From: Vicugna vicugna
Taxonomy: Eukaryota
DNA length: 64,000 nt
Reading direction: 5' to 3'
Assembly: GCA_013265495.1 (NCBI GenBank)
Contig: MU057560.1
Location: 1,252,753 to 1,316,752, forward strand
The notes beneath the pieces were generated by a model. That model worked only from the letters and a program-made list of their open reading frames with translations, had not been told where the DNA came from and searched no databases. Made by a program: the position numbers and the translations under genes. Each line of letters opens with the position of its first letter. Within the stretch, counting starts at the first letter, position 1. Positions 61,840-64,000 of this stretch are shown here, one piece after another.

Positions 61840-62799
61840 CAGGAGTCACAAAATGTGGTCTGTGAGACTCTGAGGCACCTTAAGGTGCCCCTCTTTCAGG
61901 GGGCCACGAGGTCAAAACTATTTTCACCACGACACTGAGACATCACTCACCCTCTTAACTTTGCTGACGCTCGTACAAAAGCCGTGATGCGGAAACTGCC
62001 AGCGCCTTACGGGAGTCAAGGCCGCGGCACCAGACCGTGCCTCCCAATGCTTCAGGCCTTTTGGGATGATCCTAGTGAACCATCACGGTGTGAAGTCATT
62101 TCTAGATGTTGTACCAGGAAGCGTGGCAACATTTGGGAGGTCAGCATAACTCAGTGAGCTGATGCTTTCTAAACGACCAATGCGTGATCTTGCACAATTA
62201 TGGTAGGTAAGTGACCCGTGCAAAGTGCAAAACAGACCGAGAGGACTGAAGGTAACATTATTGCAACTTACCTGATACGGTTTTGGATTTCACATTGAAG
62301 CTAAGCTTTTAAGAAATTACTGCTTCTTGTATTTTGATTTGCACTTAAGTGGAATATTCACAAACATCTGAAAGGCTGTTAGAACATTGCTCCCCTTTCC
62401 AACCACATATTGGTGTGAGCCTGGATTTTCTGTATATGTTTTAAACAAATCAACGTATGACAGCAGAGAGGATCAGTAAGCATTATGATTGTCCAGTTTT
62501 CATTTATTAAGCCAGAAGTTAGAGAGATTTTCCAAAATGGAAAATAATTCTTATTACAAAACTTTCTGGGGGTTTGGAAAATACAGTTTTTTCTTTTACA
62601 AGAAATGTTCTGTTCATATGTGATGGGCATATTACTGTTACTTTTACATGAATTAGCAAACAGATCATTTAAATTGTGTAAGTTTAATTTCTAACTAACT
62701 ATAAATAAAACACACATAAGTAAAAGATTTTTGGTGGCTTTGATAGATAGTCTGTAAGAGTAGAAACGAGGACTGAGACAAAAGTATCAAGAATCTCTG
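61840..62799 (+). mobile_element. Charlie1-family hAT DNA transposon (Charlie1a/b-like), both ends present
   Basis: 5' end caggagtcacaaaatgtggtc...ctttcagggggccacgaggtcaaaactattttca. Internal cccctttccaaccacatattggtgtgagcctggattttc encodes a PFPTTY-C-GF motif. 3' end ctgagacaaaagtatcaagaatctctg. Confidence 0.88.
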
Positions 62800-62879
62800 A
62801 TGTATCAGGGAAGTAACTAGAGACAAACACACAAAGATATGGTAGCTCCGAGCTGGGGACATGTGGCCTGCCACTGAGT

Positions 62880-63450
62880 CACTGACGTTTTATCAGTAGG
62901 GAACACATGAAGGTATTGAAGCCAAAGCACAATGCTTTCCTAATTGTACTGGGCTTAGAATTACAGCATTGATTAGGATAAAAAGCGACAGAAGGTGGGA
63001 AGACCAATTAGAAGACCAGCTATAATGAGGCTCTGCCAGTAGGATCTTAGAATAGAAAATAAGAGAGTGTCGTTTGAGAATTTGCAAGAATATGATTTGG
63101 TGGCTGATCTGATACGGAAGGAGAGATTTCAAAGCATTGGTATTCTCGGGGCAGTGATTTGGAGGATCGAGACTTCAAAGTTGTTCCCTGAGACTCCAAA
63201 GTAAAAAATAAAAATAAAAATGCAGGTAGAGGAGAGACTGAGGTTTTAATTCAGGGTATGTTCAATTTCTATTTCTGAAGACTCACAAAGTAGACTGGAT
63301 ATAGTGGGGAGAGGTTGCCCCGGTGGTAGTTGGACAGTTTGGAATTCAACTTGAGAAAAACATCTGGGCTGAAGGTGTATGGTTAATTCCGTCAAGATGG
63401 AAGGGATCACAGAAGCCTTGAGGATGGAAGAGGACACCAGCAAAAATAAA
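62880..63450. mobile_element. L2 LINE fragments
   Basis: ggaagaccaattagaagaccagcta...aattcagggtatgttc...catctgggctgaaggtgtatgg, purine-rich L2-like words. Confidence 0.45.
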
Positions 63451-64000
63451 ATACATGGAGAAAAGAAGTGAATTCCTGGTATTTCCAGGTAGGGGACCAG
63501 GAAAAATAGGAGGAACGAGAGGAAAAATCATCAGAGGCAGGAGAATATTTTTAAAATTCCATATACAGAAAATCAGGACAGAAAATTGTTGCAAAGGGTA
63601 GACTTTGCAGGATTTTTCATAGTGCCACTTACATAATCACTAAACATATGTCGGATAGACTTCCTTCTCCTCTTGTGATATGTACACATGAGAAAAGACT
63701 CCATCACGGCTATAGAAATGGGTTATTTTCACTTAAAAATAGCCAATTTTAACCTTTATATATTCTTCTATTGTGTTATATTTCTAAGATTTGCATGGTG
63801 CTTAAATACTTAATTTCAAATCCAGTATTTGTGTGACGGAGTGTATTCATTGCCCACTACTGCTGGAAAATGAGAGAAAACAGATTATTGCACAGAAATC
63901 TGACATTAATTTCGCTGGGGTAAAATCAAGGCTTTGAACAGGTGTGTTGCCTTCTGGGGGCTGCAGGGAGACTCCACCCCCTTTCTTTTCTAGCTTCCAG

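Noticed and set aside
61874..61889. Perfect 16-bp palindrome GGCACCTTAAGGTGCC
   Set aside because: About one such palindrome is expected by chance in 64 kb (64000/4^8), and it lies in a transposon end.

Overview
This is mammalian non-coding DNA, most likely camelid (alpaca/camel). The species call rests on a tRNA-derived SINE with the camelid-type AAACCTAATTA tail and on artiodactyl-type L1 3' ends. No ORF in the track resembles a cellular protein I recognise. The only interpretable translations are transposon remnants: the L1 ORF2 C-terminus, a hAT/Charlie dimerisation motif and an ERV-L pol fragment. The main landmark is a ~1.2 kb CpG island at 21.05-22.27 kb that looks like a promoter with a probable + strand non-coding first exon, followed by >40 kb of intron-like sequence. 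I cannot identify the gene. The rest is a typical eutherian repeat landscape (L1M/L1 fragments, L2, MIR, MaLR/ERV-L LTRs, Charlie1, MER45, MER5, microsatellites). Repeat family names come from recalled consensus sequences, not a search, and old-element boundaries are approximate. I found no CRISPR, rRNA, true tRNA or convincing novel biological system. The best leads are a three-layer nested ERV-L/MaLR structure, a tandem CACGTG-N6-CACGTG site inside a DNA transposon, a second promoter-like region near 49-50.5 kb and a few candidate exons.
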